In this document: positions 10,764-20,047 of the stretch, piece after piece
Numbering within the stretch: the stretch's first letter is position 1
Layout: each line of letters begins with the position of its first letter
From: a virus
Virus record (IMG/VR): IMGVR_UViG_3300043803_002519
DNA length: 64,000 nucleotides
Reading direction: 5' to 3' (one strand)
Position numbers and translations under genes: made by a program
The notes under the pieces: model-generated
Told to the model about the DNA's origin: nothing
What the model saw: the letters and a program-made list of their open reading frames with translations, nothing else
Database searches by the model: none

Positions 10764-12839
10764 ATGCAGAGCAAGGCCCTCGTCATCCCCGGCATCAAGG
10801 GCATCGACCAGCGGTGGTCGGCGGGCGCGTCCAGCGCGACTCGCGCCCGAGACCTGCGCTGGGACGGCCGCGGCTTCTGGACCTCCTCCGGGGGCTACGG
10901 CCTCTACATGGAGAGCAACGAGAACGCGAACCCCTTCGCCGGCGTCGGGCGCATCAACTCGGCGCACTACTTCAGCCAGCACAACGGAGCGCGCAGCTGG
11001 CTCATCTACGAGGCGGCCAACGGCAACCTCTACACGTTCAACCCCTCCACTGCGGCGCGGAGCGGCTCCCCTGGCGACATCGCCGAGGACCGCGCGGCCC
11101 AGCAGCAGACCGACCGCGCGAGCCCCACGACCCCGTGGCAGCACAGCCAGTCGGCGACCTGGGGCGACAACTTCTACATCGTCAACGGCATCAACCGGCC
11201 CCTCGTGTTCGACGGGTACTGCTGGGACTACGCGGGGTTCAGTGGACCCGCCGGGTCGCCGTCGGCAGTGGTAATGGCCCGGCCGTTCGCGACCACAGGG
11301 AGCGGAATCAAGCTGACCTCCGTCGGCCTGGGTCCGACGAGCAGCGACGCCGATGTTGATTACAAGGTGGCCTACCGCTGGCGTGTGGCGTTCCGGAATG
11401 TCCGAAAGCAGTTGTCGCCGCTGTCGTCGCCCTCGGAAATCGTGAGCTTCACCAACTCTGGAGGGTCTGAGGAGTCTGACGGGGGGCACCTGGCGGCCCT
11501 CAACCTGCCGATTGGCGGGCCGGAGGTGACTACCCGGGTGCTGTTCCGCACCCAGAACATATACGACTCCACAGGGAACCCCATCCAGGGGTACGCCGAT
11601 CAGTTCTTCTTCCACTCGGAGATTCCGGACAACGTCACCGCAGTGGTTCTCGACGGGTTGCTCGACAGCAATCTCGGCACCCCGGTGGACGACCTGGACT
11701 ACGGGCCGTGGCCGACGGGGGCGAAGTTCATCGCGCCGTTCAAGGGGTGCATGTTCGCCACGGGCAGCACCCAGACGGACGTGTTCTACTCGGCCCCCGG
11801 CTCCCCGGAGAACTTCCCCATCGACAACGTGTTGCCGGTGGGCGACGCCTACCTCGGGCCCATCACGGGCCTGTACGGCACCCGAAACGCGCTGGTGGTG
11901 TTCAAGGAGCACGGCATCTACTTCATCAAGGGCGACCCGGTGAACGGCTTCACCGCCTCGCTCTTCACGAAGACCACGGGCTGTGTGGCGGGCAACACCG
12001 TGCGCGAGGTGCCCGGGCTCGGCCTGGTGTTCCTCGGCAGCAGCGGGGTGTTCCTGCTCCGCGGCACCCTTGAGAACGAGGGGGTGCAGACCGAGGTGGT
12101 GCCCCTGCACGTTCCCATCACGGAGTGGATGAAGAAGCTGAACCGCTCCGCGCTCATCGGGGCGGTGGCCGCGGTCTACCACCGGGACAAGGAGTATTGG
12201 CTGGCGGTGCCATCGGTCGGGTCGGCGGAGAACGACCTGGTCCTCGTCTTCCACTACGAGGTGGGGGAGTGGACGACCCGCGAGGACTTCCCCATCTCGT
12301 GCATGCTCGAGACCCCCGACCACCGGGGGCACCTCGTCTTCGGCAGCTGGGACCCCAACAGCGAGGGCATCCACCTGTACTCCCCCGCCTTCGCCGACAA
12401 GAACGGCACCGCCATCGCGCCGCTGTACCAGACCGGCTGGTTCAACGTGGGGGCCATCTGGCGCTCGATGCGGCCGAAGTACGTGCAGGTCCAGTGCGGC
12501 CTCCACGGCGACAACGGGCTCAACCTCGAGGTCACCACCAACCGAAAGCTCGCTGCCTGGCCCGCCCAGCCCGCCGAGCCACAGCAGTACCCAGGCGACG
12601 CCCAGCCCGTGTACGGCACGGCCACCTTCGACTCCGACATCAACTGGACCGCGTTCCGCCCGGGGACGCTCCGGTTCGACATCGTGGACGCCAAGCAGGC
12701 TATGGTTCACGAGATGAGCGTGGCCTTCACCCCGGACAGCGGCAAGCGGTGGATGTCGCTGGTCGTCATCGACCCCGAGATTTCCCCCGACGACCCCAAC
12801 GAGGCGAAGCCCATCGGGCCCGGCCGAGGGGGGCGCTGA
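10764..12839 (+). CDS. virion structural protein (tail tubular/nozzle position)
   Basis: 691 aa, tightly packed after the previous gene. The call is by position only. Confidence 0.45.
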   Translation: MQSKALVIPGIKGIDQRWSAGASSATRARDLRWDGRGFWTSSGGYGLYMESNENANPFAGVGRINSAHYFSQHNGARSWLIYEAANGNLYTFNPSTAARSGSPGDIAEDRAAQQQTDRASPTTPWQHSQSATWGDNFYIVNGINRPLVFDGYCWDYAGFSGPAGSPSAVVMARPFATTGSGIKLTSVGLGPTSSDADVDYKVAYRWRVAFRNVRKQLSPLSSPSEIVSFTNSGGSEESDGGHLAALNLPIGGPEVTTRVLFRTQNIYDSTGNPIQGYADQFFFHSEIPDNVTAVVLDGLLDSNLGTPVDDLDYGPWPTGAKFIAPFKGCMFATGSTQTDVFYSAPGSPENFPIDNVLPVGDAYLGPITGLYGTRNALVVFKEHGIYFIKGDPVNGFTASLFTKTTGCVAGNTVREVPGLGLVFLGSSGVFLLRGTLENEGVQTEVVPLHVPITEWMKKLNRSALIGAVAAVYHRDKEYWLAVPSVGSAENDLVLVFHYEVGEWTTREDFPISCMLETPDHRGHLVFGSWDPNSEGIHLYSPAFADKNGTAIAPLYQTGWFNVGAIWRSMRPKYVQVQCGLHGDNGLNLEVTTNRKLAAWPAQPAEPQQYPGDAQPVYGTATFDSDINWTAFRPGTLRFDIVDAKQAMVHEMSVAFTPDSGKRWMSLVVIDPEISPDDPNEAKPIGPGRGGR

Positions 12840-12840
12840 G

Positions 12841-13503
12841 ATGGGCCAGCGCTACCGGTTCACCTTCACCGAGACCGGCGACGTCCTCGACCCGGCTGCG
12901 TGGGTGGAGGACAACAACGAGCTCGCCTCGGAGCTCAACGGCTACCTCGACCGCGACAACTTCGCACGGAACGACATCCTTCAGGCAGAGATCACCGCGA
13001 ACGCCTTCACCAAGGTAGAACCGTTCTACTCCACGTCCATCTACACCCCAGACAACACCGTCATCTCCTGGCAGGGCGGCACGGGGAATGACGCGGACGG
13101 CATCTTTCAAGAAGCGGTGACCTGCGAGGTCGACTGCCTCTTGGTGTGCGAGTTGAGCTTGGGGTGGGTGTGGGACAAGGATGTCACGCGGTACTCCCTC
13201 GCGGGCCTCGGTCCCACGACGTCGGGGGACATCTTCGTGAGCGACTCCACCGTGGATACCATCCAGTTCCGCATTGCGGTGGATGGGGTTGAGGTGGCGC
13301 GGAGCGGGCTTTTTGAGGACATGCACCACCGCTACGGCACGTACATCCTCGGGGCCAAGGTGGTCACCTCCGGGGTCCACACGGTGTCCGCGGAGTGCGT
13401 CCTCATGCGTCGCCGGTGGGAGGGGCTTCGGCAAGACGGGGCCAACACCTACACGGTCGACATCTCCAATCGGGTACTGCTGGTGACCCAGGAGAAGAGG
13501 TAG
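12841..13503 (+). CDS. hypothetical virion protein
   Basis: 220 aa. The ATG lies 1 nt after the previous stop (TGAGATG). Confidence 0.5.
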   Translation: MGQRYRFTFTETGDVLDPAAWVEDNNELASELNGYLDRDNFARNDILQAEITANAFTKVEPFYSTSIYTPDNTVISWQGGTGNDADGIFQEAVTCEVDCLLVCELSLGWVWDKDVTRYSLAGLGPTTSGDIFVSDSTVDTIQFRIAVDGVEVARSGLFEDMHHRYGTYILGAKVVTSGVHTVSAECVLMRRRWEGLRQDGANTYTVDISNRVLLVTQEKR

Positions 13504-13504
13504 C

Positions 13505-14137
13505 ATGTCCCGTGTAGTCGTCACCGACCTTGTGCCGGGCACCGAGGCCACCAGCGCCGACGTCAACGCCACGATCACGTCGTGGAACGCTGCTGCTGGC
13601 GCAGGGGACATCGGCCCCAACAATGTGCGTCAGGAGGGCATTGACCGGCGCACCTTGGCTCTCGGGGGGCAGGCGATTCAAGCCCCTCCAGCGGACTTCG
13701 CCGCCTGCTTCGAGAGCGGGTCCACTGCCACGGTCAACGCAATCACAGCGACGTGGGGGATTGTCGACGTAGGGGCCACGCTCTACATCGGCCCGATGAC
13801 CGACCTCTCGTCGTCGTCTTCCGAGACGGTGGTCGTTCGGGCGAGCGTGTGGTTCGCTGGACCAGCGCTGGATGGGGCCACCGACCCCGCGCTGTACGAG
13901 TTCATCATCCAGAGCAGCGTGGATGCCGCGACGTGGGTCGACTACGACGAGTCGTACCAGCCGTTCCAAGTTACGGCGTTCGCCACTGACGTTCAGCCGA
14001 GGTGCGTCGGGGTGTACACGTCCCTTGTGGCCACCACCCCGGCCGGGAGTCGGGTGTATTGGCGGGTGGCGTACAAGGCGAGCGCGGCCGTGGAGTGCGA
14101 CGGCGGCACCATCTACATCGAGGAGTACGCGCGGTAA
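13505..14137 (+). CDS. hypothetical virion protein
   Basis: 210 aa. The ATG lies 1 nt after the previous stop. Confidence 0.5.
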   Translation: MSRVVVTDLVPGTEATSADVNATITSWNAAAGAGDIGPNNVRQEGIDRRTLALGGQAIQAPPADFAACFESGSTATVNAITATWGIVDVGATLYIGPMTDLSSSSSETVVVRASVWFAGPALDGATDPALYEFIIQSSVDAATWVDYDESYQPFQVTAFATDVQPRCVGVYTSLVATTPAGSRVYWRVAYKASAAVECDGGTIYIEEYAR

Positions 14138-14889
14138 TGCCGATCTCCATCAGCACGTTCTCCTCGGGGGCCGTCATCAGCGCCACGGAGCTTCGCTCCC
14201 GCGCAGCGGCCATTGAGGACTACGTCAACAAGCAGATTGAAGCCGGGGATCGCACCACGAACTGGATGACATCCGGGCACGTCTACGGCCCCGATTTCCA
14301 GTACGGCAGCGGCTACGACGCGCACCTGCCCTTCACCGGCGGCCACGCCTACTGGTCCCAGCGCCCCAACGACGACGGCCGCCGCGCCATCTTCTCCTGG
14401 TTCGCTGGGGAAGGACCCGCGATGGTGCCGGGCCTCACGCGCACGATTCAGCTTCCGGAGGCTATGCCTTCTGGGAAGTACCGGGCGTTGGTCCTGGCCT
14501 CGTTCTGGGGCTACGAGTACGGCGGGCTGGGAGAGAACAACACGGCCACCGTGACGGTTACGCCCTTCCAAGACGAGGAGAGCGCCCCCGCGTGCTCCTT
14601 CCGACTCTACGAAGACGGGGCCGAGGTGCCCGCTACCTCGCGGAAGGTGTACCCCTCCAGCTGCGCGACAGACAACGGGTGGGTGGGGGGATCGAGCGGC
14701 ACCTGGGGCGCCGCCTCGGGGCTCATCTACTGCCGGAAGCAGATCAGCATGGTCCACGCGGTGCATTGGGGCACCGCCGGTGTCCACACGGTCGGGGTCG
14801 GGGTCACCTGTCCCGCCGCCGGGGCAGGGCAGTGGAAGCACATTTTCGTGCGCGAGGGGTCGTTCTACGTGCGGTATCGCATCCGGTGA
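14137..14889 (+). CDS. hypothetical virion protein
   Basis: Starts MPISISTFSSG. TAATG overlap with the previous stop. The internal start of track ORF 14002-14889 was chosen. Confidence 0.5.
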   Translation: MPISISTFSSGAVISATELRSRAAAIEDYVNKQIEAGDRTTNWMTSGHVYGPDFQYGSGYDAHLPFTGGHAYWSQRPNDDGRRAIFSWFAGEGPAMVPGLTRTIQLPEAMPSGKYRALVLASFWGYEYGGLGENNTATVTVTPFQDEESAPACSFRLYEDGAEVPATSRKVYPSSCATDNGWVGGSSGTWGAASGLIYCRKQISMVHAVHWGTAGVHTVGVGVTCPAAGAGQWKHIFVREGSFYVRYRIR

Positions 14890-14916
14890 ATATTCTGAGA
14901 GCAGGAAGGTGACTCC

Positions 14917-15177
14917 ATGACTCTGCTTCTGCTCGTCTCCGGTTGCGCTGAGGTTTCCGAGAGCGTCGAAGTCGCCCCGCGGTGGTACGTCTACGAGGCC
15001 GAGTGTGCGGATGCCGCGGCGGTCTGGGAGGCACCCCCGGGGCTGGTCGCTCTCACGATTCGACGGCCGGACTCCGGCGGCGCCGACTTCTACATCGGCG
15101 GCAGCGTCTCGGCAGACGGGCTGCTCTCGGTGACCTGCACCGACGACGTGAGCATCCTGTACGCCGTCGTGGAGTAG
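14917..15177 (+). CDS. small lipoprotein
   Basis: MTLLLLVSGC is a signal peptide with the lipobox L-V-S-G-C. 86 aa. Confidence 0.55.
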   Translation: MTLLLLVSGCAEVSESVEVAPRWYVYEAECADAAAVWEAPPGLVALTIRRPDSGGADFYIGGSVSADGLLSVTCTDDVSILYAVVE

Positions 15178-15242
15178 GACATTGCGGAGTAGGCCCCCGC
15201 GCCGCCAGAAAACGGGGTAGAATCCCCCCGGGGAACTGCGCC

Positions 15243-15683
15243 ATGGCTGAAGCCCAGAAGTACGACAAGACCCGCAACGCCAACGCGGCCGGCACCGGGG
15301 CCTTGACGGGCGCCTCTGGTGGGGTGGCTACGGGGGCCACCATTGGCGGTGCGCTGGGAACGGCGCTGGCCCCAGGCGTCGGGACGCTGATCGGCGCGGG
15401 CATTGGCGCCGCCATCGGCGCGGGCACGGGTGCCGGGGCCAGCGCTTGGATGGATGACGCGGCCCAGAAGCAGGAGATCAAGACCTCCGAGGAGAACGTC
15501 GCCATGGCGCAGAAGGCCGAGAAGGAGGCCGCCATCGACTCCGCCGCCCTGGCGCGGTCGATGCAGAAGCCCGCCTCGGGGCGCGCCGGCGGCGCCGGTC
15601 TGCCCAGCGGCTCGGCGTACCTCCCCGCCTCGGGGGTCACCAGCTACGACTCCTGGAAGTCCCGCATCTCCGGCGGGTACTGA
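15243..15683 (+). CDS. glycine-zipper membrane protein (internal virion protein candidate)
   Basis: GATIGGALGTALAPGVGTLIGAGIGAAIGAGTGAGA. The ATG at 15243 inside track ORF 14982-15683 was chosen. Confidence 0.5.
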   Translation: MAEAQKYDKTRNANAAGTGALTGASGGVATGATIGGALGTALAPGVGTLIGAGIGAAIGAGTGAGASAWMDDAAQKQEIKTSEENVAMAQKAEKEAAIDSAALARSMQKPASGRAGGAGLPSGSAYLPASGVTSYDSWKSRISGGY

Positions 15684-15684
15684 G

Positions 15685-16530
15685 GTGGCCGCGTCGACTC
15701 GCCAGTTCATGTACACGGGGGCCGACGGCAAGCCCGTGTACGTGGACGCTGTGATGGCCCCCGACTACCACGACGAGTACACCACGCCCGGCGACATCAA
15801 GCGGGCGCAGGACGCGGCGTTCGCCGAGTACGGCATGAACGCGGCCGCCGGCGGGCTGGGGCTCCTTGGGCAGACGGCGCTCTCCTACGTGGATACCGCT
15901 CAGGACACCAAGAACAAGTCCGAGCTCAAGAAGCTCGAGGGCCTCGAGAAGCGCGGGAAGCTGGGCCTCACGGGCGAGGAGCGCACCACCTACGAACGGG
16001 GACTCCTGAACCCGGTCAAGGCCGCCGCGGCCGAGCAGGGGCGCCGGGACGAGGCGCGCCTGGCCTCCGGCAGCGCGGGCCGCAGCGCGGCTGACGTGGT
16101 CCGTGCTCAGCGCGAGACCGACCGACGTCTCGACGACGCGGGCCTCTCCGCGGCGCAGAAGATCGAACAGGCTCACCTCGGGCGCAAGGCCGAGCAGCGC
16201 ACCGAGATGGAAGAGCGCCGCAGCTACGAGAGCGGCCGCGAGACCCAGCGCCTGAACCTCGTGGGGCAGACCATCCCCGGCGTGCTCGCCAACGTGGGGA
16301 AGGTCATGGCAGGGGTCGCCGCGCCGGCGGCCATGACCGACGCTCAGGTGCTCCGCATGCAGGCGGCGACCGACGCCAAGGGCCAGCCCCTCTGGCCGGG
16401 CCTGCAGGGCAAGACCCTCGACGAACTCCGGACGCTCCTCAAGGGCGCCGCGTGGCAGAAGAATGCCCTCGGCGCCGCGCAGGCCGCTGACGCAGGCGTC
16501 GCAGACACCTCCACCGGCCGGACGGACTGA
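15685..16530 (+). CDS. hypothetical protein (internal virion block)
   Basis: GTG lies 2 nt after the previous stop. The protein is helical and Ala/Arg/Glu-rich. The start is uncertain, with an alternative ATG at 15709. Confidence 0.45.
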   Translation: MAASTRQFMYTGADGKPVYVDAVMAPDYHDEYTTPGDIKRAQDAAFAEYGMNAAAGGLGLLGQTALSYVDTAQDTKNKSELKKLEGLEKRGKLGLTGEERTTYERGLLNPVKAAAAEQGRRDEARLASGSAGRSAADVVRAQRETDRRLDDAGLSAAQKIEQAHLGRKAEQRTEMEERRSYESGRETQRLNLVGQTIPGVLANVGKVMAGVAAPAAMTDAQVLRMQAATDAKGQPLWPGLQGKTLDELRTLLKGAAWQKNALGAAQAADAGVADTSTGRTD

Positions 16531-16532
16531 CC

Positions 16533-19064
16533 ATGGCGCGCATCCAGGACTACTACCAGAACCGCCGCGACCTCGGCCCGTCGGCGATGGTGGCGTACCT
16601 CGACGCCTGGCTCGACGAGCGCGCGGGGATGAACAAGTCGCTGATGGCCTCCGAGGGGAAGCAGGCCGACCCCAGCCGCCTGGCTGAGCAGGAGGCCCGC
16701 ATCCGCGCGGCCATGGCGGACCTCCTCAAAGCGAAGGTGAGCGGCTCCGTCGAGCAGATGAAGGCCGCCGACGACCTGGCCAAGCAGGCGCTGTCGTCCT
16801 ACGAGCAGGTCACCGTCGCCAACGTCAAGGCGGGCTCCGACCGGGCCGTCGCGCTGATCCAGTCCCGCACGGACCTCTCGAAGCAGGACGTCGACTCCCG
16901 GGCGGCCATCGCCAAGGAGTTGACGCTGACCAACCCGGACGGCATCAAGATCATCGCGTCGGCCTACGACACCGCCACCACGGAGATGGGCGGTGACCCA
17001 GATCGTGTCGCGGACGCGCTCGTTCGGATGGTCACCGACGTCACCAAGACCCACGAGGGCGGGCACAAGGCCAAACGAGATGCGGCAGCTGCTGAGGTCC
17101 TGCGCCAGGCGACCGAGGCCGGGAATGCCCACGTAGTGGCGCGAATCGAGAAGGCGTTCTTCAGCGGCTCCGCGGCCGACGACTACTTTGAGAGGGTCTA
17201 CCCCGGATTCACTCCCGAGGAGCAGGCCAAGGTGTACGAGGAGGTCAAGAAGCTCGGTGCGGGCGCGGACCCGGAGAAGGTCGTAGCCCTCTACGAGAAG
17301 CTCACCGCAGCGGGCAAGGGCGGGGGCGGCACGAAGACCAGCACCTCGTACTCGGACATCGTTCCAGACCTCGACGCCAAGCTCAAGTCCCTCGAGGACG
17401 CCGCCGACGACCTCGCCAAGGCGCGGCGCGAGGCGATGACCTCGCCCAAGCGCTTCCCGCGCCCCAACTACATGATCGCCAACCCCAACACCTTCACCGA
17501 CCCGCGGCAGGTGGCGGAACTCCGGAAGTGGGGGGTCTTGGACCCGACCTACGTCGAGGAGATGGTCACGGCTCGCCAGCGGGAGGGCACCTGGGCGGGC
17601 GCCCTCAAGTCCGTTGGGGAGCGCGGCGGTGCCTCGCAGAGCATCGAGAAGGTCGCCCCGCTGGTCTTGACCGAGGAGCCCGGCGCACAGGTCACCTACA
17701 CCGACGCCGAGGCGGCGTGGCTGGGCACGCTCAAGCGGGCCGGTTCCGGCGAGCCCTTTCCGGGGAAGGGGGGCTACACCTACACCCTGAACGCCGACGG
17801 CTCCATCACGTCTCTGGCCCCGGAGAAGGGCAAGAAGCCCGTGAAGGTGGAGAAGGGTTCCGCGCCCCACACTGCCATCTTGGAGGAGGTGTTCCCCGCA
17901 CCTGGCCTCCCCGACGAGGTCTCGGACCTCTACGCCCCGTCCATCGAACTCGCCAAGGCGGGACAGTGGGCGAAGGCGGCCGAAGCAGCCGAGAAAGTGA
18001 GCCACGACGACGTGCGCTCGGCCTACGCCCAGGCACTAGTCGACGTGGCCTCTGGCCGGTCGGCGTTCTCCGGCGTGCCTTCCGAGGGCCAGATGGAGGC
18101 CATGGCCGCCAGCATCGGCGAGGGCGGCGGGAAGTGGGGAGAGCACTTCCGCGACCTCCTGCGCCTGCCCGTGTCCGACCAGTACGCCAAGAGCAGGGTC
18201 ATGGGCGCCGTCGACAGCCTCGGCAAGGCCCTGCACAAGACCCCGGATGTCGAGCGTGATCTCGACGAGTCCGACATCGACGAGCGGGCGTATGGCCTCG
18301 CCGAACTCCGTGCGGGGCGGGAGTTGAACACCGGCGCCTACGCCCGCGGCGTGGAAGATGCGACCGGTCCGGTCAAGGCCCTCGTAGAGTCCTCGTCGCC
18401 CGAGGTCGTGCGGGAGCAGCTGCGAGGCCTCCCGGCAGAGCGCAAGGGAGTCGTTCCCGACTACGAAGCGGGCGTCCCGCGCGTGGTGGGGGACGCCCTA
18501 ACCAATGCGAGCCCGCGGACGTTCTCTCCGGTCGTCTACTTCGACGAGCCGGAGCGGGAGTCCCCGCTGGCTGCGCCGGACGCGCGTCTCGCGGCGGCCG
18601 ACGGGGCCCTCGGAGAGTCGGGCCCGGGGCTCGACCTTCACGCCGACGTGTCCGAGGCCCAGCGGGTGCTGGCGACCCTGGACCAGTGGGAGAAGGACAA
18701 CCCGCTCTCGGCGGACGCCCCCGCTTCGAAGCAGGACCGGGAGGCTGTGGCGTTCACTCGGAAGGAGTGGGAGAAGAAGCTGGACAGCGCCCGCGCAAAG
18801 GCGCGTGCCTCGCGCGATTACGTCGCTCCGGAGGAGCGCGGCGCGGCACTGCTCCGCGACCGTGTGCAGAAGGAAGCCGAAACGGTGGCGCCCCCGACCG
18901 TCCGACCCCCGATCCGGCAGGCTCCGCCTGTGTCGGCGGCGAAGCCCCCTCCGGCCGCGCTCGACTACGCGGAGCTCTTCAGCGCGTCGGCCACTCCGAC
19001 GGACGAGTTGGACTACGACCTCGACGAACTGATGGGCCGTGCGCCCGCTGGAGCGAAGCGATGA
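16533..19064 (+). CDS. large helical virion protein
   Basis: 843 aa. The ATG lies 3 nt after the previous stop. No motif recognised. Confidence 0.5.
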   Translation: MARIQDYYQNRRDLGPSAMVAYLDAWLDERAGMNKSLMASEGKQADPSRLAEQEARIRAAMADLLKAKVSGSVEQMKAADDLAKQALSSYEQVTVANVKAGSDRAVALIQSRTDLSKQDVDSRAAIAKELTLTNPDGIKIIASAYDTATTEMGGDPDRVADALVRMVTDVTKTHEGGHKAKRDAAAAEVLRQATEAGNAHVVARIEKAFFSGSAADDYFERVYPGFTPEEQAKVYEEVKKLGAGADPEKVVALYEKLTAAGKGGGGTKTSTSYSDIVPDLDAKLKSLEDAADDLAKARREAMTSPKRFPRPNYMIANPNTFTDPRQVAELRKWGVLDPTYVEEMVTARQREGTWAGALKSVGERGGASQSIEKVAPLVLTEEPGAQVTYTDAEAAWLGTLKRAGSGEPFPGKGGYTYTLNADGSITSLAPEKGKKPVKVEKGSAPHTAILEEVFPAPGLPDEVSDLYAPSIELAKAGQWAKAAEAAEKVSHDDVRSAYAQALVDVASGRSAFSGVPSEGQMEAMAASIGEGGGKWGEHFRDLLRLPVSDQYAKSRVMGAVDSLGKALHKTPDVERDLDESDIDERAYGLAELRAGRELNTGAYARGVEDATGPVKALVESSSPEVVREQLRGLPAERKGVVPDYEAGVPRVVGDALTNASPRTFSPVVYFDEPERESPLAAPDARLAAADGALGESGPGLDLHADVSEAQRVLATLDQWEKDNPLSADAPASKQDREAVAFTRKEWEKKLDSARAKARASRDYVAPEERGAALLRDRVQKEAETVAPPTVRPPIRQAPPVSAAKPPPAALDYAELFSASATPTDELDYDLDELMGRAPAGAKR

Positions 19065-20035
19065 CCCGCGAAGAAGCCAAGGCCGCGCTCATGGAGCGCG
19101 AGAAGCTGACTGCCGACGAGGCGGAGGCGCGCATCTCCGCATTCGAGATGAAGAAGCGTGGTGGGGGGGCGGCCCCGGTCGCGAAGCCCGCCGCGCGGCC
19201 GACCCCCGCCCCAGCGCCAGCCCCGGCCGCGCGGCCGACCCCCGCCCCAGCGCCGGCCGTAGCTCGACCGATGGCCCCCACGCCGGCGCCAGCCGTCGCG
19301 CGACCGATGGCCCCCACGCCGGCCATGACCGACAAGGCCCCCGCAGGGGGGTACACCGAGTCCGCCGGCGGGTACACGGAGGGCACGCCTGCCCCAGCTG
19401 CGAAGTACTACATGGACGACCCGGCCCCCGTGACGACTCGGGAGGGGAGGGCCGTGCGCCGGTGGCTGGACCACGGCGGGCAGGCTTCAATCGACGCGGC
19501 GAAGGCTGTGGGGCGAGGGGCGCAGTCGGCAGCGCGGGGCTTCCACCGCGCGGAGATGGACGCAGGCAAGGCCGCGCTCGGGGCGGGAAAGGAGATTCTG
19601 AAGGCCCCGCTGACCGTCTTGCGCGCAGGCGCCGGAATGGGGCATCAGATGCGGGAGCAGCGCGACCTGGCGCAGCAGAGCCGCAGACCGGCATTCGACC
19701 CGAAGGGCGTGGAGGAGGCGAAGAGCGTCCTTCGCGACGCCCTCGGCATGGCCCCCGCGGTGGACCTGCAGGGCTCACAGGGGCCGGACTACTACGACGA
19801 GTCCATCGCCGCCCCGCCCGCGGCGCCCGGACCCCGCCACGGGCCGGAGCGGCCTGCCTCCAGCGCCCCGCCCGCGGCGGGCCTCTCGGCGGAGGCGTTC
19901 GACACGCTCACCGAGGCGGATGCGTACCTCAAGCAGAAGGCCCCCCAGCGGGACATCAACGAGTGGGGCACCCCGGAAGAGCGCGTGACCGTGTACGAGT
20001 ATCTCCGGACGAAGGACGCCGCGCGGAAGAGGTGA
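19061..20035 (+). CDS. hypothetical protein with Pro/Ala tandem repeats
   Basis: Starts MTREEAKAALMEREKL. ATGA overlap with the previous gene. The internal start of track ORF 18686-20035 was chosen. Confidence 0.5.
   Translation: MTREEAKAALMEREKLTADEAEARISAFEMKKRGGGAAPVAKPAARPTPAPAPAPAARPTPAPAPAVARPMAPTPAPAVARPMAPTPAMTDKAPAGGYTESAGGYTEGTPAPAAKYYMDDPAPVTTREGRAVRRWLDHGGQASIDAAKAVGRGAQSAARGFHRAEMDAGKAALGAGKEILKAPLTVLRAGAGMGHQMREQRDLAQQSRRPAFDPKGVEEAKSVLRDALGMAPAVDLQGSQGPDYYDESIAAPPAAPGPRHGPERPASSAPPAAGLSAEAFDTLTEADAYLKQKAPQRDINEWGTPEERVTVYEYLRTKDAARKR
19191..19330 (+). repeat. two adjacent ~36-bp duplications, coding AARPTPAPAPAP x2 and AVARPMAPTPAP x2
   Basis: GCCGCGCGGCCGACCCCCGCCCCAGCGCC occurs twice, and CGACCGATGGCCCCCACGCCGGC occurs twice. 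Confidence 0.85.
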
Positions 20036-20047
20036 TAGACTGGGGGG

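Noticed and set aside
9324-12710. 1128-aa minus-strand ORF covering two structural genes
   Set aside because: It is antisense to well-packed plus-strand genes. Its composition is dominated by Arg/Gly/Pro/Val/His runs typical of stop-free antisense frames in high-GC DNA. It has no motif and no RBS.
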